Source: Sedimentisphaerales bacterium (GTDB taxonomy: Bacteria; Planctomycetota; Phycisphaerae; Sedimentisphaerales; SM23-30). From it: a DNA stretch of 64,000 nt. The notes beneath the pieces are model-generated. The model searched no databases and was not told the DNA's origin. It saw only the letters and a list, made by a program, of their open reading frames with translations. The first letter of the stretch is position 1, and each line of letters opens with the position of its first letter. The DNA lies in contig CAXXMR010000008.1 in NCBI GenBank assembly GCA_963663805.2, positions 1 to 64,000 of the forward strand, in the 5' to 3' direction. The position numbers and the translations under genes were made by a program. Of this stretch, positions 11,004 to 21,122 are shown in pieces.

Positions 11004-11779
11004 TCACCAGGCAGTCAGCACGCCCACCAGCTGCCGCTGGCCATCCGCTTTAAGCTTCAGTGTATCGCAACTGTCAGAGTAAAGATAAGAACCCGGCTTG
11101 AGCCCCTGGCTTTCGCCATCGACAATCGCCGTCCCTGCCCCACTGACAATCGTCAAAGTAATACTTTTGCCGCCGGTATTAACGTACGAACTCTCGCCCG
11201 CTTTCAGACAGCACAATTCTGTAGATACCGTTGCTGTCTGAGTAAGCTCTTCACGAGCCTTGCGTCCCAGATTTTTTTAGTTTTTATTTCCAGGTCATAA
11301 TAAACTGCATTGGACAAATCAGAGCTGACAGAGCCAGCGGCCGGACTGGTTTGGGTTTCTGTTTCACCTTTACTGACATCGCCGCGAGCATCAACAGCCT
11401 CATTGACCATCTGGTCCGCCTGGGCATTATCCGAGCGATAAACATGTTTAACCGTTACCTGCTCGAAATTAGCCATCTCAGCGATAACTTCTTCATAGAT
11501 AGACCGAAGGGTCGGATTTTTGACTTTGTATTGCCCGTTGACCTGTTTGACGATGAGTTCGCTGTCGCAATGAACCGCCAGCTGTGTTCCGCCCAGTTCC
11601 TTCGCTGCCCTTAGCCCGCGCAGCAGCCCCTGATATTCTGCGACATTATTGGTTGCTTCGCCCAGATAAAACCCCGCCCAGCAAACCGTTCGGCCATTTT
11701 CATCGCGAATATAAATCCCCGCTCCTGCCGGTCCCGGATTACCCCGCGCGCCGCCGTCGGTCCAGATAGATAATTTCAT
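11004..11779 (-). CDS. Ribonuclease HI, probably fused to a C-terminal cupin-like domain (frameshift near 11272-11285)
   Basis: TDGGARGNPGPAGAG, TNNVAEY, DSELIVKQ, NAQADQM. Adding one base in the A-run joins it to ORF 11004..11216. Confidence 0.85.
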
Positions 11780-11794
11780 TTTACCCCTCTTGGT

Positions 11795-12544
11795 CTATGC
11801 TCTGGGTGTCTCGCTGTCCGCCGGATTGAGGATGAGTATGCGTCCGCAACTGGGACAGTTGACGACCTCATCCCGCGACATCAGCGAATTTACCAGCTCC
11901 AGCGGAATCGCCATGTAGCAGCCGCCGCAGGAATGCTCGCCGCGTTTGGCATCTACGATTACCACGAAGGCCAGCACTTCCCCATCAAACCGCTCGGCCC
12001 ATCGGCCAAACTGAACACGTTCTTTGTCAGGAACAATAGCCAAGGCCTGACTGTGCTTGACGGCAAGATCATCAATTTCCGTCTGAATAGCCTGCTGCTT
12101 ATCCGCTGAGGCATCATTCAGTTCTTTGAGAGTGCCGGATTCCTTCTCGATAGATTCCTCAATCTCACGACATTCGGCTTGGTCAGCCTCAATCTGGGTC
12201 ATCAAAGCGAGGATTTGTTCTTCTAGTTTGGCTTTGTCGGCTTTGTCGGTGTTGATTCGGGTTAGGATTGCGCTGTAGTCTTTGTTCGTTTTTGCGGTGT
12301 TCAGGGCGAGTCGGAGTTTGTTGATTTCGTCTTCGCTGGCTTTGAGTTCGAGTTCGAGTTTGCTGGTCTGGAGTTTGGTGAGCTTGATTTCTTCGCGTTT
12401 GGCAGCGAGGGCAGCGTTTAGCTGGTTGATTTGGTGCTGCTGGCGAAGGATGGCCTGTTTGGCTTTTTTTAGCCGCTTTTTCGCGTTACGTAGCTGTAGT
12501 TCGATTTCCTGCAGATTTACCAAGCCATTGAGGATTGGGCCCAT
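11795..12544 (-). CDS. Coiled-coil protein with C-terminal C4 zinc ribbon (DUF164/CT398-like)
   Basis: Long heptad region followed by CGGC...CPSCGRIL. Adjacency to RNase HI is typical for this family. Confidence 0.9.
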   Translation of the reverse strand: MGPILNGLVNLQEIELQLRNAKKRLKKAKQAILRQQHQINQLNAALAAKREEIKLTKLQTSKLELELKASEDEINKLRLALNTAKTNKDYSAILTRINTDKADKAKLEEQILALMTQIEADQAECREIEESIEKESGTLKELNDASADKQQAIQTEIDDLAVKHSQALAIVPDKERVQFGRWAERFDGEVLAFVVIVDAKRGEHSCGGCYMAIPLELVNSLMSRDEVVNCPSCGRILILNPADSETPRA

Positions 12545-12693
12545 ACGCCCTCCAACATTATATCATAATTAACTATTCACTTTTGAGTTATGCCCTGTAT
12601 CGCACAAGCCGCAGTACAGAGGCCGTCGCCTTTGACGGTGCAATTCCTAATGATAGGGCGTATCTTTTGGTATTGCAAGGGGTAAATAGAAGA

Positions 12694-12768
12694 AGGCATG
12701 AGGGATGAGGCAAGAGGCATGAGTGAACGGCTTGGTTCCGCCTTGGGCGGGCTGGTTTATTTTAACGG
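12694..12768. repeat. Dispersed REP-like element, copy 1 (AGGCA[T/A]G heptamers + GTGAACGG + ccgcc-N-ggcgg hairpin)
   Basis: aggcatgagggatgaggcaagaggcatgagtgaacgg...ccgccttgggcgg...tttattttaacgg; matches 14235-14347. Confidence 0.75.
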
Positions 12769-12812
12769 GAGGCTGTATTGACCGGGGCGGGTATCGGGTT
12801 TATAACGTTATT

Positions 12813-13352
12813 ATGAGTAATGTAATACGGATAGATTGGCCTTACCAGGCGGAGCGGTTGCGTAAGTTGCGGTGCGGGGACCGGTTAGTTATTACTGGTG
12901 AGATACTTACGGCGCGGGACGCGGTGCATTTACGGTTGTGTGAGCTGATAGACCGGGGGGAATCGCTGCCGGTGGAGCTGGCGGGCCAGATGATATATTA
13001 TGTGGGGCCTACGCCGGCGCGGGCGGGGCGGGTGATAGGTTCGGCGGGTCCGACGACCAGTTCGCGGATGGACGGGTTTTCGCCTAAGTTGTTTGATAGA
13101 GGAGTTTTAGCGACGATAGGCAAGGGGTATCGGTCGGCGGAAGTGGTGGAGTCTCTGAAGAAGAACGGGGCGGTTCATCTGGCGGCGTTGGGGGGGGCGG
13201 GGGCGTTATTGAGTGAGTGTATCGTGGGGGCGGAGGTGGTGGCGTATGAGGAGCTGGGGACGGAGGCGATACGTCGGCTAAAAGTTGTAAACTTTCCGGT
13301 TACAGTAGCTTATGACAGTGTGGGCGGGAGTGTTTATGGCATTGAACGTTAA
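12813..13352 (+). CDS. Fe-S fumarate/tartrate hydratase class I, beta subunit
   Basis: TARDAVH, YYVGPTP, SAGPTTSSRM, IGKG, LGTEAIR. Confidence 0.92.
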   Translation: MSNVIRIDWPYQAERLRKLRCGDRLVITGEILTARDAVHLRLCELIDRGESLPVELAGQMIYYVGPTPARAGRVIGSAGPTTSSRMDGFSPKLFDRGVLATIGKGYRSAEVVESLKKNGAVHLAALGGAGALLSECIVGAEVVAYEELGTEAIRRLKVVNFPVTVAYDSVGGSVYGIER

Positions 13353-13641
13353 GGATGTCGCAGGCGGGGCGGTGCTGGCGGTTAAGGTTGTGCCGGGCTC
13401 GTCGCGGACTCGGATCGCGGGGGTGCTGGATGAGGCATTGAAGGTGAATGTGGCGGCGCCGCCGGAAAAAGGTAAGGCAAATAAGGAGTTAGAGAAGTTT
13501 CTGGCTAAGACGGCAGGGGTTCCGCGGTCGGCGGTGAAGGTTGTCAGCGGGCTGAGCAACGCTTATAAAGAACTCGAATTTGCCTCAATGAGCGCGTCAG
13601 AACTGCGCGGAATACTGTTGTCGTATTTGCGCCAAAAATGA
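13336..13641 (+). CDS. DUF167/YggU family protein
   Basis: VKVVPGSSRT...VAAPPEKGKANKEL...VVSG. Confidence 0.9.
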   Translation: MALNVKDVAGGAVLAVKVVPGSSRTRIAGVLDEALKVNVAAPPEKGKANKELEKFLAKTAGVPRSAVKVVSGLSNAYKELEFASMSASELRGILLSYLRQK

Positions 13642-13764
13642 GCGCGTTCTTACCGGAAGTGACCGATTTTTAACGATTTTTGAGTGTTTTTTACGTTTTT
13701 TTGGGATTTTTTAGCTCTTTTTTTCAATTATTTTGGTTTAGTGGTATAGGAAAGGTGGATTTTT

Positions 13765-14235
13765 TTGGCGGATGTCCGGGTGTTTATTGGGTTGGGCAGT
13801 AACCTGGGGGATCGGTACGATTATATTCGTCGGGCGCTGCTTAAGGTTGATGAGCTTGAAGGGGTGCGGGTTTATCGGGTGTCGAGTTTGATAGAGACTG
13901 AGCCGGTGGGTGGGCCTGCGGGGCAGGGGATGTTTGTAAATGGGGTGGCGGAGCTGCGTTGTGATTTGTCGGCGGGGGAGTTGCTGGCAGCTTTGTTGGA
14001 AATTGAAAATGAGCTGGGGCGTGAACGGCAGGAGCGGTGGGGGGCGCGTACGATAGATTTGGATTTGCTTTTGTTCGGGCGGGAAGTGATTGATGAGGCG
14101 GAGCTGGTGGTGCCGCATCCGTTGATGGCGGAGCGGGATTTTGTTATGATACCAATGGCGGAGATCGCCGGTGAGGTTTTTCATCCGGTATTGGGTAAGA
14201 CGATGCGGGAAGTGCGTGTTGCACCGAATACGTAA
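13765..14235 (+). CDS. folK: 2-amino-4-hydroxy-6-hydroxymethyldihydropteridine diphosphokinase
   Basis: IGLGSNLGDR, ETEPVG, RWGARTIDLDLL, VPHP. Confidence 0.96.
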   Translation: MADVRVFIGLGSNLGDRYDYIRRALLKVDELEGVRVYRVSSLIETEPVGGPAGQGMFVNGVAELRCDLSAGELLAALLEIENELGRERQERWGARTIDLDLLLFGREVIDEAELVVPHPLMAERDFVMIPMAEIAGEVFHPVLGKTMREVRVAPNT

Positions 14236-14347
14236 GGCATGAGGCAAGAGGCATGAGGCAAGAGTGAACGGCGAGGTTTCGGCCTTTGGCCGAGAGTTTT
14301 TATTTAACGGCAACGGCGAGGTGCCGCCTTTGGCGGAGTTTATTTTA
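14235..14347. repeat. Dispersed REP-like element, copy 2 (two hairpin units)
   Basis: aggcatgaggcaagaggcatgaggcaagagtgaacggcgaggt, then tcggcctttggccga and ccgcctttggcgg hairpins, each followed by a T-rich tail. Confidence 0.75.
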
Positions 14348-14401
14348 TTATCCGGCTGCTTATGTGGCTCTGATATGTAAATTTGACAGGAAAGATTTTT
14401 A

Positions 14402-15001
14402 ATGAGTTTGGGTGGTATAGTTTCGGTGGCGGGGGTTATTGGTGTGGGCAAGACCACTTTGGCTACGCTTTTGGCGGGTCGGCTGGGTGCGTCTCTGATT
14501 CATGAGGAATACGCTAATAATCCTTTTCTGGCTCGTCAGCTAGCGGGCGATAAGGAAGCGGGGCTGGCATCGGAGTTGTATTTTCTTTTGGGGCGGGCTC
14601 GGCAGCTTAATAAAGACAATTTTTTGGATGGCGGTTGGGCGGTGTGTGATTATGTTTTTGATAAGAACCGGATTTTCGCGGAGCTTTCGCTGGATGCGCG
14701 GCAGTTAGCGATTTATACGGAGGTGGAACTTTCGGTTCGGCCGGTGATTGGTTCGCCGCGGGTGGTGGTTTATCTGCGTGATAGTGCGGAGAATTGTCTG
14801 GAACGAATCAAGGGTCGGGGTCGTGCTTATGAACAGGGGATTCAAATAGGCTGGCTGGGGCGGCTGGGACAGGCGTACGATGATTTGTTTGAGCGGTGGG
14901 ATATTTGTCCGGTGGTGCGGGTTGACTGTGCTGCTGAAGATACGCTGGACGCTGAGGTGCTTGAAAAGGTTGCGGGGGAAATTTTAGCGTTTGGTGAATA
15001 G
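14402..15001 (+). CDS. Deoxynucleoside kinase
   Basis: GVIGVGKTT P-loop, NPFL, ERIKGRGRAYE lid; follows folK. Confidence 0.9.
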   Translation: MSLGGIVSVAGVIGVGKTTLATLLAGRLGASLIHEEYANNPFLARQLAGDKEAGLASELYFLLGRARQLNKDNFLDGGWAVCDYVFDKNRIFAELSLDARQLAIYTEVELSVRPVIGSPRVVVYLRDSAENCLERIKGRGRAYEQGIQIGWLGRLGQAYDDLFERWDICPVVRVDCAAEDTLDAEVLEKVAGEILAFGE

Positions 15002-15042
15002 GGGACGCATTTCTGCGTCCCCTGAGACTCTCATTTGCGGTT

Positions 15043-16611
15043 TCAAATAGTTTTGCCCGCCTCGATAAGTTTCTCCAATTTCGCGGCCATCCGTTTGACA
15101 ATTTCGGGATATTTTTCAGCTAGATTATTCCGCTCGCCGATGTCCGCCTCCATGTCGTAGAGCTGTTCTTTGGGGCTGGTGCCGTTTTCGATGAATTTAT
15201 TGGTAATGGTCCAGTGGTTTTTACTCACTTTCTTCGGGACAATATATTTCCATTTTCCTTCGACCAGGGCCAGGGTAAGTCTGCCCTGCTGAATCAGATG
15301 TTTCCGGCCAGTTTTATCCTTGCCTAATAAAGCATCTATTTGATTGAGACTGTCGCCGCAGGTATCGCAATCAACCTCCAGTCCGTTCAAGGCCGCGAAG
15401 CTCGCCAGGAAGTCAACCTGACTAACCAGGGCGTTGGAAACCTGCCCGCCGCTAATTTTATCGGGCCAGCGTATAATAAGGGGGACACGTGTGCCGCCGC
15501 TAAAGGCGCTGTACTTGCCTCCCCGCAGGGGTCCGGCGGGTTTGTGGCTGCCCACCCGCTCAATTGCCTGGTCTTTGTACCCATCGTCCAGTACCGGGCC
15601 GTTATCACTGGAAATTATCAGTATCGTATTATCCGCCAGCCCCAGTTCGTTCAGCGTTTTGACAACCTGGCCGACGCAATAATCAAACTGTACAATCACA
15701 TCGCCGCGTGAACCCATGTCGGTTTTGTCCTTGAAGCGGTTATGGGGCATTCGCGGCACATGGACATCATGAGTCGCGAAATACAGGAAGAACGGATTGG
15801 CCTTGTTCCGCTTGATAAAATCCACCGCCTTTCCCGTAAGCACATCGGCCATTGTTTCGTCGTCCCAGATAGCAGACTTGCCGCCTATCATATATCCCAG
15901 CCGCCCGACCCCATTGATAATCGCGTCATTATGGTCATGCGTCCAGTCGAGCTTGAGTTCATTCCGATGGCTAACGCCCGTAGGTTCGCCCGGAAACGGC
16001 TCATCGTAACTGACCTTGATAGGGTCCGACTTATCCAGATTAACCACGCGGCGATTTTCGACGTAAACACAGGGCACGCGGTCACCTGTAGCGGGCACGA
16101 GAAAATTATAATCAAAACCAATCTCATGCGGGCCGGGCTTGATGTCCTTGTTCCAGTCCAGTTCTTCCTTGCCGTCGCCCAGGCCCAGATGCCACTTGCC
16201 GACAACTCCGGTTTTGTACCCGCACTGCTGCATGGCTGAAGCCCAGGTCGTCCGCCCCGGCTGGATTATCATTGCTGCGTTACCGCGGGCAATGCCTGTC
16301 CCCTCCTGCCGGAATGCGTATTCGCCGGTGAGCATGGAATATCGCGAAGGTGTGCAAGTCGCCGAGGTGCAATGGCCGTTGGTAAAGCGTATGCCCTGGG
16401 CGGCGATCTTATCGATATTGGGAGTGCTGACCGCCGTGGCACCATAGCAGCTCACGTCGCCAAACCCCAGGTCGTCGGCGTAAATTATCACTATATTCGG
16501 CTTTGTCGAGCCGGACAGACCCTTCTGAAGCCCGCAGCCGGCCCATAAGCCCGCACCTGCGATTGCCCCACTTGCAAAACTTTTCATAAACTGACGTCTG
16601 TCAATGCGCAT
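15043..16611 (-). CDS. Tat-exported arylsulfatase
   Basis: DRRQFMK Tat motif, KPNIVIIYADDLG, CTPSRY, GKWHLG, SDNGP. Start ATG at 16611 with RBS AGGAG. Confidence 0.93.
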   Translation of the reverse strand: MRIDRRQFMKSFASGAIAGAGLWAGCGLQKGLSGSTKPNIVIIYADDLGFGDVSCYGATAVSTPNIDKIAAQGIRFTNGHCTSATCTPSRYSMLTGEYAFRQEGTGIARGNAAMIIQPGRTTWASAMQQCGYKTGVVGKWHLGLGDGKEELDWNKDIKPGPHEIGFDYNFLVPATGDRVPCVYVENRRVVNLDKSDPIKVSYDEPFPGEPTGVSHRNELKLDWTHDHNDAIINGVGRLGYMIGGKSAIWDDETMADVLTGKAVDFIKRNKANPFFLYFATHDVHVPRMPHNRFKDKTDMGSRGDVIVQFDYCVGQVVKTLNELGLADNTILIISSDNGPVLDDGYKDQAIERVGSHKPAGPLRGGKYSAFSGGTRVPLIIRWPDKISGGQVSNALVSQVDFLASFAALNGLEVDCDTCGDSLNQIDALLGKDKTGRKHLIQQGRLTLALVEGKWKYIVPKKVSKNHWTITNKFIENGTSPKEQLYDMEADIGERNNLAEKYPEIVKRMAAKLEKLIEAGKTI

Positions 16612-16909
16612 ACAAATTCTCCTGAAGATATGGCTCAAAAATCTCGAACAAGACCAGTCTAACCACAAATTATGTTTGTTCCAGAAAAAAACGGATTTTT
16701 CATCCACTGCCCGGCTGTTGCGAACCCTGAATGGTTATAGCTGTATCTTTCTTGTTCAAAACAAGTTGCGCACATCTTCTCTTCAAGTCCTGTTCCTGAC
16801 AGTGAAATATAACTCTCGATTTTAATGCTGGAAAAACCTTTGTTAATTGCTATTATGGTGAGGATATGGCAGTTTTTCGGAACACTAACTGCACTACAGG
16901 AGATTCTGT

Positions 16910-17665
16910 ATGAAACCCGAAGCATCGAGCCGTAAAGTTGGTCAGGTCGTAGAGGCCCTCGTAAAGCACTGGGAAGAAGTGCGTACCCGGGAGCCGGACG
17001 AATCAAAACGTATACACCTGGTCAATCACAATGATTTTACCATCGACTATGTTTCGCTCAGTCGCCAGTATGGCAGCGGCGGTCGGGCCATCGCCGACGA
17101 ACTGGCCGGGCTGATGGGCTGGCAGGTTTACGACAAAACCATCCTCAACTATATGTCCGAAAACATGCAGGTTCATAAGGACTTACTCAAAACCGTCGAT
17201 GAAAAAACCCTCAGCTGGACCCAGGAATGGTTCGGCAAATACTTCTCCAAAAATATCGTGGACCCGGAGGAATATCACAAGCACCTCACCGAAGTTCTGA
17301 TGATTATCCTCTCCCACGGCCAGGCCATTATCATGGGGCGCGGTGCGGGCTTTATTTTGCCTCGTGAACGCGGACTGAACGTTAGAATTCTGGCGCCATT
17401 TGAACAGCGTGTCGAGACTATCGCTAAACGGGAAGAACTCTCCGTTGAGGAAGCCGCGGCCAAAATCAGCAAAATAGATAAAGAGCAAAAAGCCTTTGTC
17501 AAGAATATGTGCGGTAAGGATATTGACGGCTGCGACGAATATGATTTTATTTGCAGCACCGAAAGAATCGGCCCCGAAGCGGTCGCCAAACTAATCTGGC
17601 GAGTCCTCGAACAGCGTCACCTCAGCGACCAGGATCCGGAAAAAGACAAGGCGGCAAGCGACTAA
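16910..17665 (+). CDS. Cytidylate kinase-like family protein
   Basis: SLSRQYGSGGRAIA...YDK, IIMGRGAGFIL, APFEQRV. Confidence 0.85.
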   Translation: MKPEASSRKVGQVVEALVKHWEEVRTREPDESKRIHLVNHNDFTIDYVSLSRQYGSGGRAIADELAGLMGWQVYDKTILNYMSENMQVHKDLLKTVDEKTLSWTQEWFGKYFSKNIVDPEEYHKHLTEVLMIILSHGQAIIMGRGAGFILPRERGLNVRILAPFEQRVETIAKREELSVEEAAAKISKIDKEQKAFVKNMCGKDIDGCDEYDFICSTERIGPEAVAKLIWRVLEQRHLSDQDPEKDKAASD

Positions 17666-18693
17666 GATTTTTTCGCTGCTGGTTTCCGTGTAAACAAAAC
17701 CATCAGCAAAATCCCCGCCGGCAGTGCGATTACGCTCAAATTCTGCGAAATTGTCAACCCCGTAAACTCCAGCGGGCTGTCCGTTCGCAGCGATTCGATA
17801 GTGAACCGCCCGATACTGTACAATATCAGCATCAGTGCGAACACCTGCCCATCATATCTGAACCGTTTATAGGCCAGATTCAAAACCAGACATATCGTCA
17901 GTGCCGCCAGAATCGAATAAATCTGGGCGGGATGAATCTTGTGCATAGGGTACTCACCCGCCCGCAAAGCCCCGTACTGCTTCTCGCTTAGTTCACTGAA
18001 CGGTTTTAGTTCAGGATAATATTCCGCCTCATGCCCCGCCGGCACATCCTGTGCAGACTTGACATAATTGCCCTGGCCGTCGGTGAAACCGTAATAATAA
18101 TCGTCTGGCAGAATCAGCAGAGGCCCTGTGCCGCGGTCGGTGTCCGGGAACAACTGATAATAATACGCGTGGCTATATTGCGGCTCATGATGCTTATCGC
18201 AGCCTGGGGTAGCGTGTTGGTGTACCGCCGGGAACTCTATCGCCCACGGCAATTGGCAAGGGCCGCCGAAACAACAGCCATTCAGCAGGCACCCCATTCG
18301 GCCAAACGCCAGACCCAGCATTAGTGACGGGGCCAGAATATCTACAAACTTCCGCGCCGGCAGCTTGGTCTTATAAAAATAAATCGCCGCCACCACAATC
18401 GCCAGAATCACCCCGCCCAAAAACTCCAGACCGCCCGACCAGGTCGCGAAAATATCACCCGGATGCCCGCTGAACTCCGACCAGTGATGAAAAACGTAAA
18501 ACATTCGAGCCCCCACAATTCCCGCCAGCAGACAATAGATACAAACATTCGTCACATTATCGGGATTCACGCCCGCCCGCCGACTCCGCCAGCGTGCCAG
18601 ATACAAAGCACAAATGAAACCCAGCCCCAGCATCATTCCATAGCTCGGCACCCGATAATCAAGCCACGGTATCGTAAAAAGTATCGGTCGCAT
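17662..18693 (-). CDS. lgt: Prolipoprotein diacylglyceryl transferase
   Basis: SYG, GIVGARMFY, GGLEFLGG, GRMGCLLNGCCFG, HPAQIY, RFTIESLR. Confidence 0.92.
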   Translation of the reverse strand: MRPILFTIPWLDYRVPSYGMMLGLGFICALYLARWRSRRAGVNPDNVTNVCIYCLLAGIVGARMFYVFHHWSEFSGHPGDIFATWSGGLEFLGGVILAIVVAAIYFYKTKLPARKFVDILAPSLMLGLAFGRMGCLLNGCCFGGPCQLPWAIEFPAVHQHATPGCDKHHEPQYSHAYYYQLFPDTDRGTGPLLILPDDYYYGFTDGQGNYVKSAQDVPAGHEAEYYPELKPFSELSEKQYGALRAGEYPMHKIHPAQIYSILAALTICLVLNLAYKRFRYDGQVFALMLILYSIGRFTIESLRTDSPLEFTGLTISQNLSVIALPAGILLMVLFTRKPAAKKS

Positions 18694-18714
18694 CAGCCTG
18701 CCTTACCCGCCGGG

Positions 18715-19071
18715 CTAAAGTGTTTTCACCAGCCGGTTATCATCGTCAACCAGTACGACTTTTGGCTTATGGCCAACAGCTTCGTCAGCTTGGCAATTGC
18801 AAAAAGCCATGATAATCACCTTATCGCCCGTATTGACCAGATGAGCCGCCGCCCCCATCACCAGGATTATCCCACTGCCCCGCTTGCCCTTGACGACATA
18901 AGTTTCATGACGCGTGCCGTTGGTGATATTCGCCACCAGGACTTTTTCGTAAGGCAATATGCCCGCGGCATCCATCAAATCCTCATCGATGGTAATACTA
19001 CCCGTATAATCCAGATTTGTATCGGTAACCGTAGCCCGATGAATTTTCGCTTTCAACATTTCCAAACGCAT
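18715..19071 (-). CDS. panD: Aspartate 1-decarboxylase
   Basis: [23 protein letters not shown]. Confidence 0.97.
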   Translation of the reverse strand: MRLEMLKAKIHRATVTDTNLDYTGSITIDEDLMDAAGILPYEKVLVANITNGTRHETYVVKGKRGSGIILVMGAAAHLVNTGDKVIIMAFCNCQADEAVGHKPKVVLVDDDNRLVKTL

Positions 19072-19153
19072 GACTAGCCAACCTTATATCTCATACCCAG
19101 GCCCTGTGGTATCGCCAACCGCAACAAAGGCCCAAACGAAATATTCTACCAAA

Positions 19154-20005
19154 CTATCCTGCCGGGTCCACCAGAATATTATCTATCAATCGGGCAGGGC
19201 CTATCTTAACTGCCAGAGCGATCAGCACCTTACCGGCAACTATTTCCACAGGCCGCAGCAAGTCACTGTCAACAATAGATATATAATCAACCGCCGCCTC
19301 TGGTTCCGCCTCGACAATTTCTTTCATCGCACTGATAATCACCCCCGCGTTACGCTCACCTGCCCCAATCATCTGCTCCGCTGCATGCAGTGCCCGCGCC
19401 AGAGACAAACCCTGCCGCCGCTGCTCACTATTCAGATACCGATTTCGCGAGCTCAGCGCCAGCCCGTCCGCCTCCCGCACCGTCGGACACCGCCGAACCT
19501 CAACCGGCATATTCAAATCTGCCGCCATCCGCTCAATTATCGCCACCTGCTGAGCATCCTTCTGGCCGAAGTAGGCAATGTCAGGGGCCACGATATTAAA
19601 CAATTTCGCCACCACCGTACAAACACCCCGAAAATGGCCCGGTCGAGCCGCTCCGCACAAATATGTACCCATCTTGTCCACATCTATCCAGGTCAGGTTC
19701 TCACGCGGATACATCTCATTGACCGCCGGAGCGAATATCAAATCGACCCCTTCATTCTCGCAACCCGTCTTGTCAGCCTCAAACGTCCGTGGATAAGCCG
19801 CCAAATCCTCGCCCGGGGCGAACTGAGTCGGATTAACAAAAATACTCACCACCACATAATCACATTCCTGACGAGCCGCCCGCATCAAAGAATAATGACC
19901 TTCATGCAGTGCCCCCATAGTCGGCACCAACCCGACCGTCTTGCCGGTCTCTCGTGCCAAACCAACCTCGCGCCGAACCTCTGTGATACTTTCAGCAACT
20001 TTCAC
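19154..20005 (-). CDS. panC: Pantoate-beta-alanine ligase
   Basis: VPTMGALHEGH, FVNPTQF, RPGHFRGV, FGQKDAQQ, ALSSRN, RLIDN. Confidence 0.97.
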   Translation of the reverse strand: MKVAESITEVRREVGLARETGKTVGLVPTMGALHEGHYSLMRAARQECDYVVVSIFVNPTQFAPGEDLAAYPRTFEADKTGCENEGVDLIFAPAVNEMYPRENLTWIDVDKMGTYLCGAARPGHFRGVCTVVAKLFNIVAPDIAYFGQKDAQQVAIIERMAADLNMPVEVRRCPTVREADGLALSSRNRYLNSEQRRQGLSLARALHAAEQMIGAGERNAGVIISAMKEIVEAEPEAAVDYISIVDSDLLRPVEIVAGKVLIALAVKIGPARLIDNILVDPAG

Positions 20006-20086
20006 AGTTATTAACCCTTGTGTATATCCAATCCCGGCGCTGGCGCTTCGGGCTTTTGTTTGAGCAACACGCTCTCTTGCCTGCCG

Positions 20087-20788
20087 CTAATGGTATCCAT
20101 GTTCAAAATACAACAAATTCAACGCCAGCAGCCTCGCCGGCCCAAAAACATAACCAAACAAATTCCACGCCACGATCAAACCAATAATAACAAAGCCCCG
20201 ATTATGCAAAAGCTCTTTATATTTCGCCGCCATTCCCGCCGGTAGTAAAAATGGCAATATACTGCTGCCGTCCAAAGGCGGAAAGGGAATCAGATTGAAA
20301 ATAAACAGCACCAGATTCAAAGTGAACAAAATACTCAAAACCATCGCCAGGGCATTCGGCAGCCCTTCGCTCACCGCTACGGTAATGCTTTCAGCCCCCG
20401 ATATACTGTTCGGTGCCACAAACCACCCTGCCAGCATCCCCGCCCGAATCGCGATTCCCGCTAGTATTACCAGCACCAGATTCGCCGTTGGCCCCGCCAA
20501 TGCCATTATTAGTGCCCGCCGCGGATAGCGATCCGCCCAGGTACGGTCATAAGGAGCACTCGCCCAGCCGACCATCCACCCCCAAAGAAAAAACGATATT
20601 AGCGGCATAACAATCATCCCGAACGGCTCACGACGAATATGCGGCAGAGGGTCCAGAGAAACCTGACCGCTTGCCCAGGCCGTCCGGTCGCCCATCTTAA
20701 AACCCGCCCAGGCGTGAGCAGCCTCATGAAACGTCGCTGAAAAAATAAAAGCCAGCAGCCAGGCCGGCAGTGTCGTCAAATTTTCCAT
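20087..20788 (-). CDS. Site-2 protease (M50) family protein
   Basis: HEAAH, AGPTAN, FNLIPFPPLDGS. Confidence 0.93.
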   Translation of the reverse strand: MENLTTLPAWLLAFIFSATFHEAAHAWAGFKMGDRTAWASGQVSLDPLPHIRREPFGMIVMPLISFFLWGWMVGWASAPYDRTWADRYPRRALIMALAGPTANLVLVILAGIAIRAGMLAGWFVAPNSISGAESITVAVSEGLPNALAMVLSILFTLNLVLFIFNLIPFPPLDGSSILPFLLPAGMAAKYKELLHNRGFVIIGLIVAWNLFGYVFGPARLLALNLLYFEHGYH

Positions 20789-21006
20789 CTAACAGCCCTC
20801 ATATTCCAATTGACCTTATGGACGGAACCGCCAAAAGTCCAAATCAAGCTCAAAAAAGCACTTCCACGCTCAAATATTAAAGGAGCGACAAACTTTTGAC
20901 GCTGGCGTCCTTACTATATGATAGATGAACTTATCAAAAGGCGAAACCTTTTCCTGAAATTCCTCAAATATCCTTTTTCTACTTTACAACGGAGGCGCAT
21001 AATAAT

Positions 21007-21035
21007 TTGACCTTTACCGCCCCAAACGTTATAGT
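21007..21035 (+). promoter_or_regulatory. Sigma70-type promoter of ahcY
   Basis: TTGACC-N17-TATAGT. Confidence 0.6.
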
Positions 21036-21122
21036 AACCCCCAAAATGGAGATAAAATGCCGGGCACGGACGCCCCTGAATGCAATGTTCTGACTTTTCT
21101 ACACTCATCAAAGGTGGTAATC

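Noticed and set aside
16755..16785. Semi-palindrome aagttgcgcacat as a LacI-type operator for the sulfatase
   Set aside because: Single imperfect site with no cognate regulator nearby.
20800..21120. SAH/SAM riboswitch upstream of ahcY
   Set aside because: I could not match the consensus by eye; an Rfam scan would be needed.
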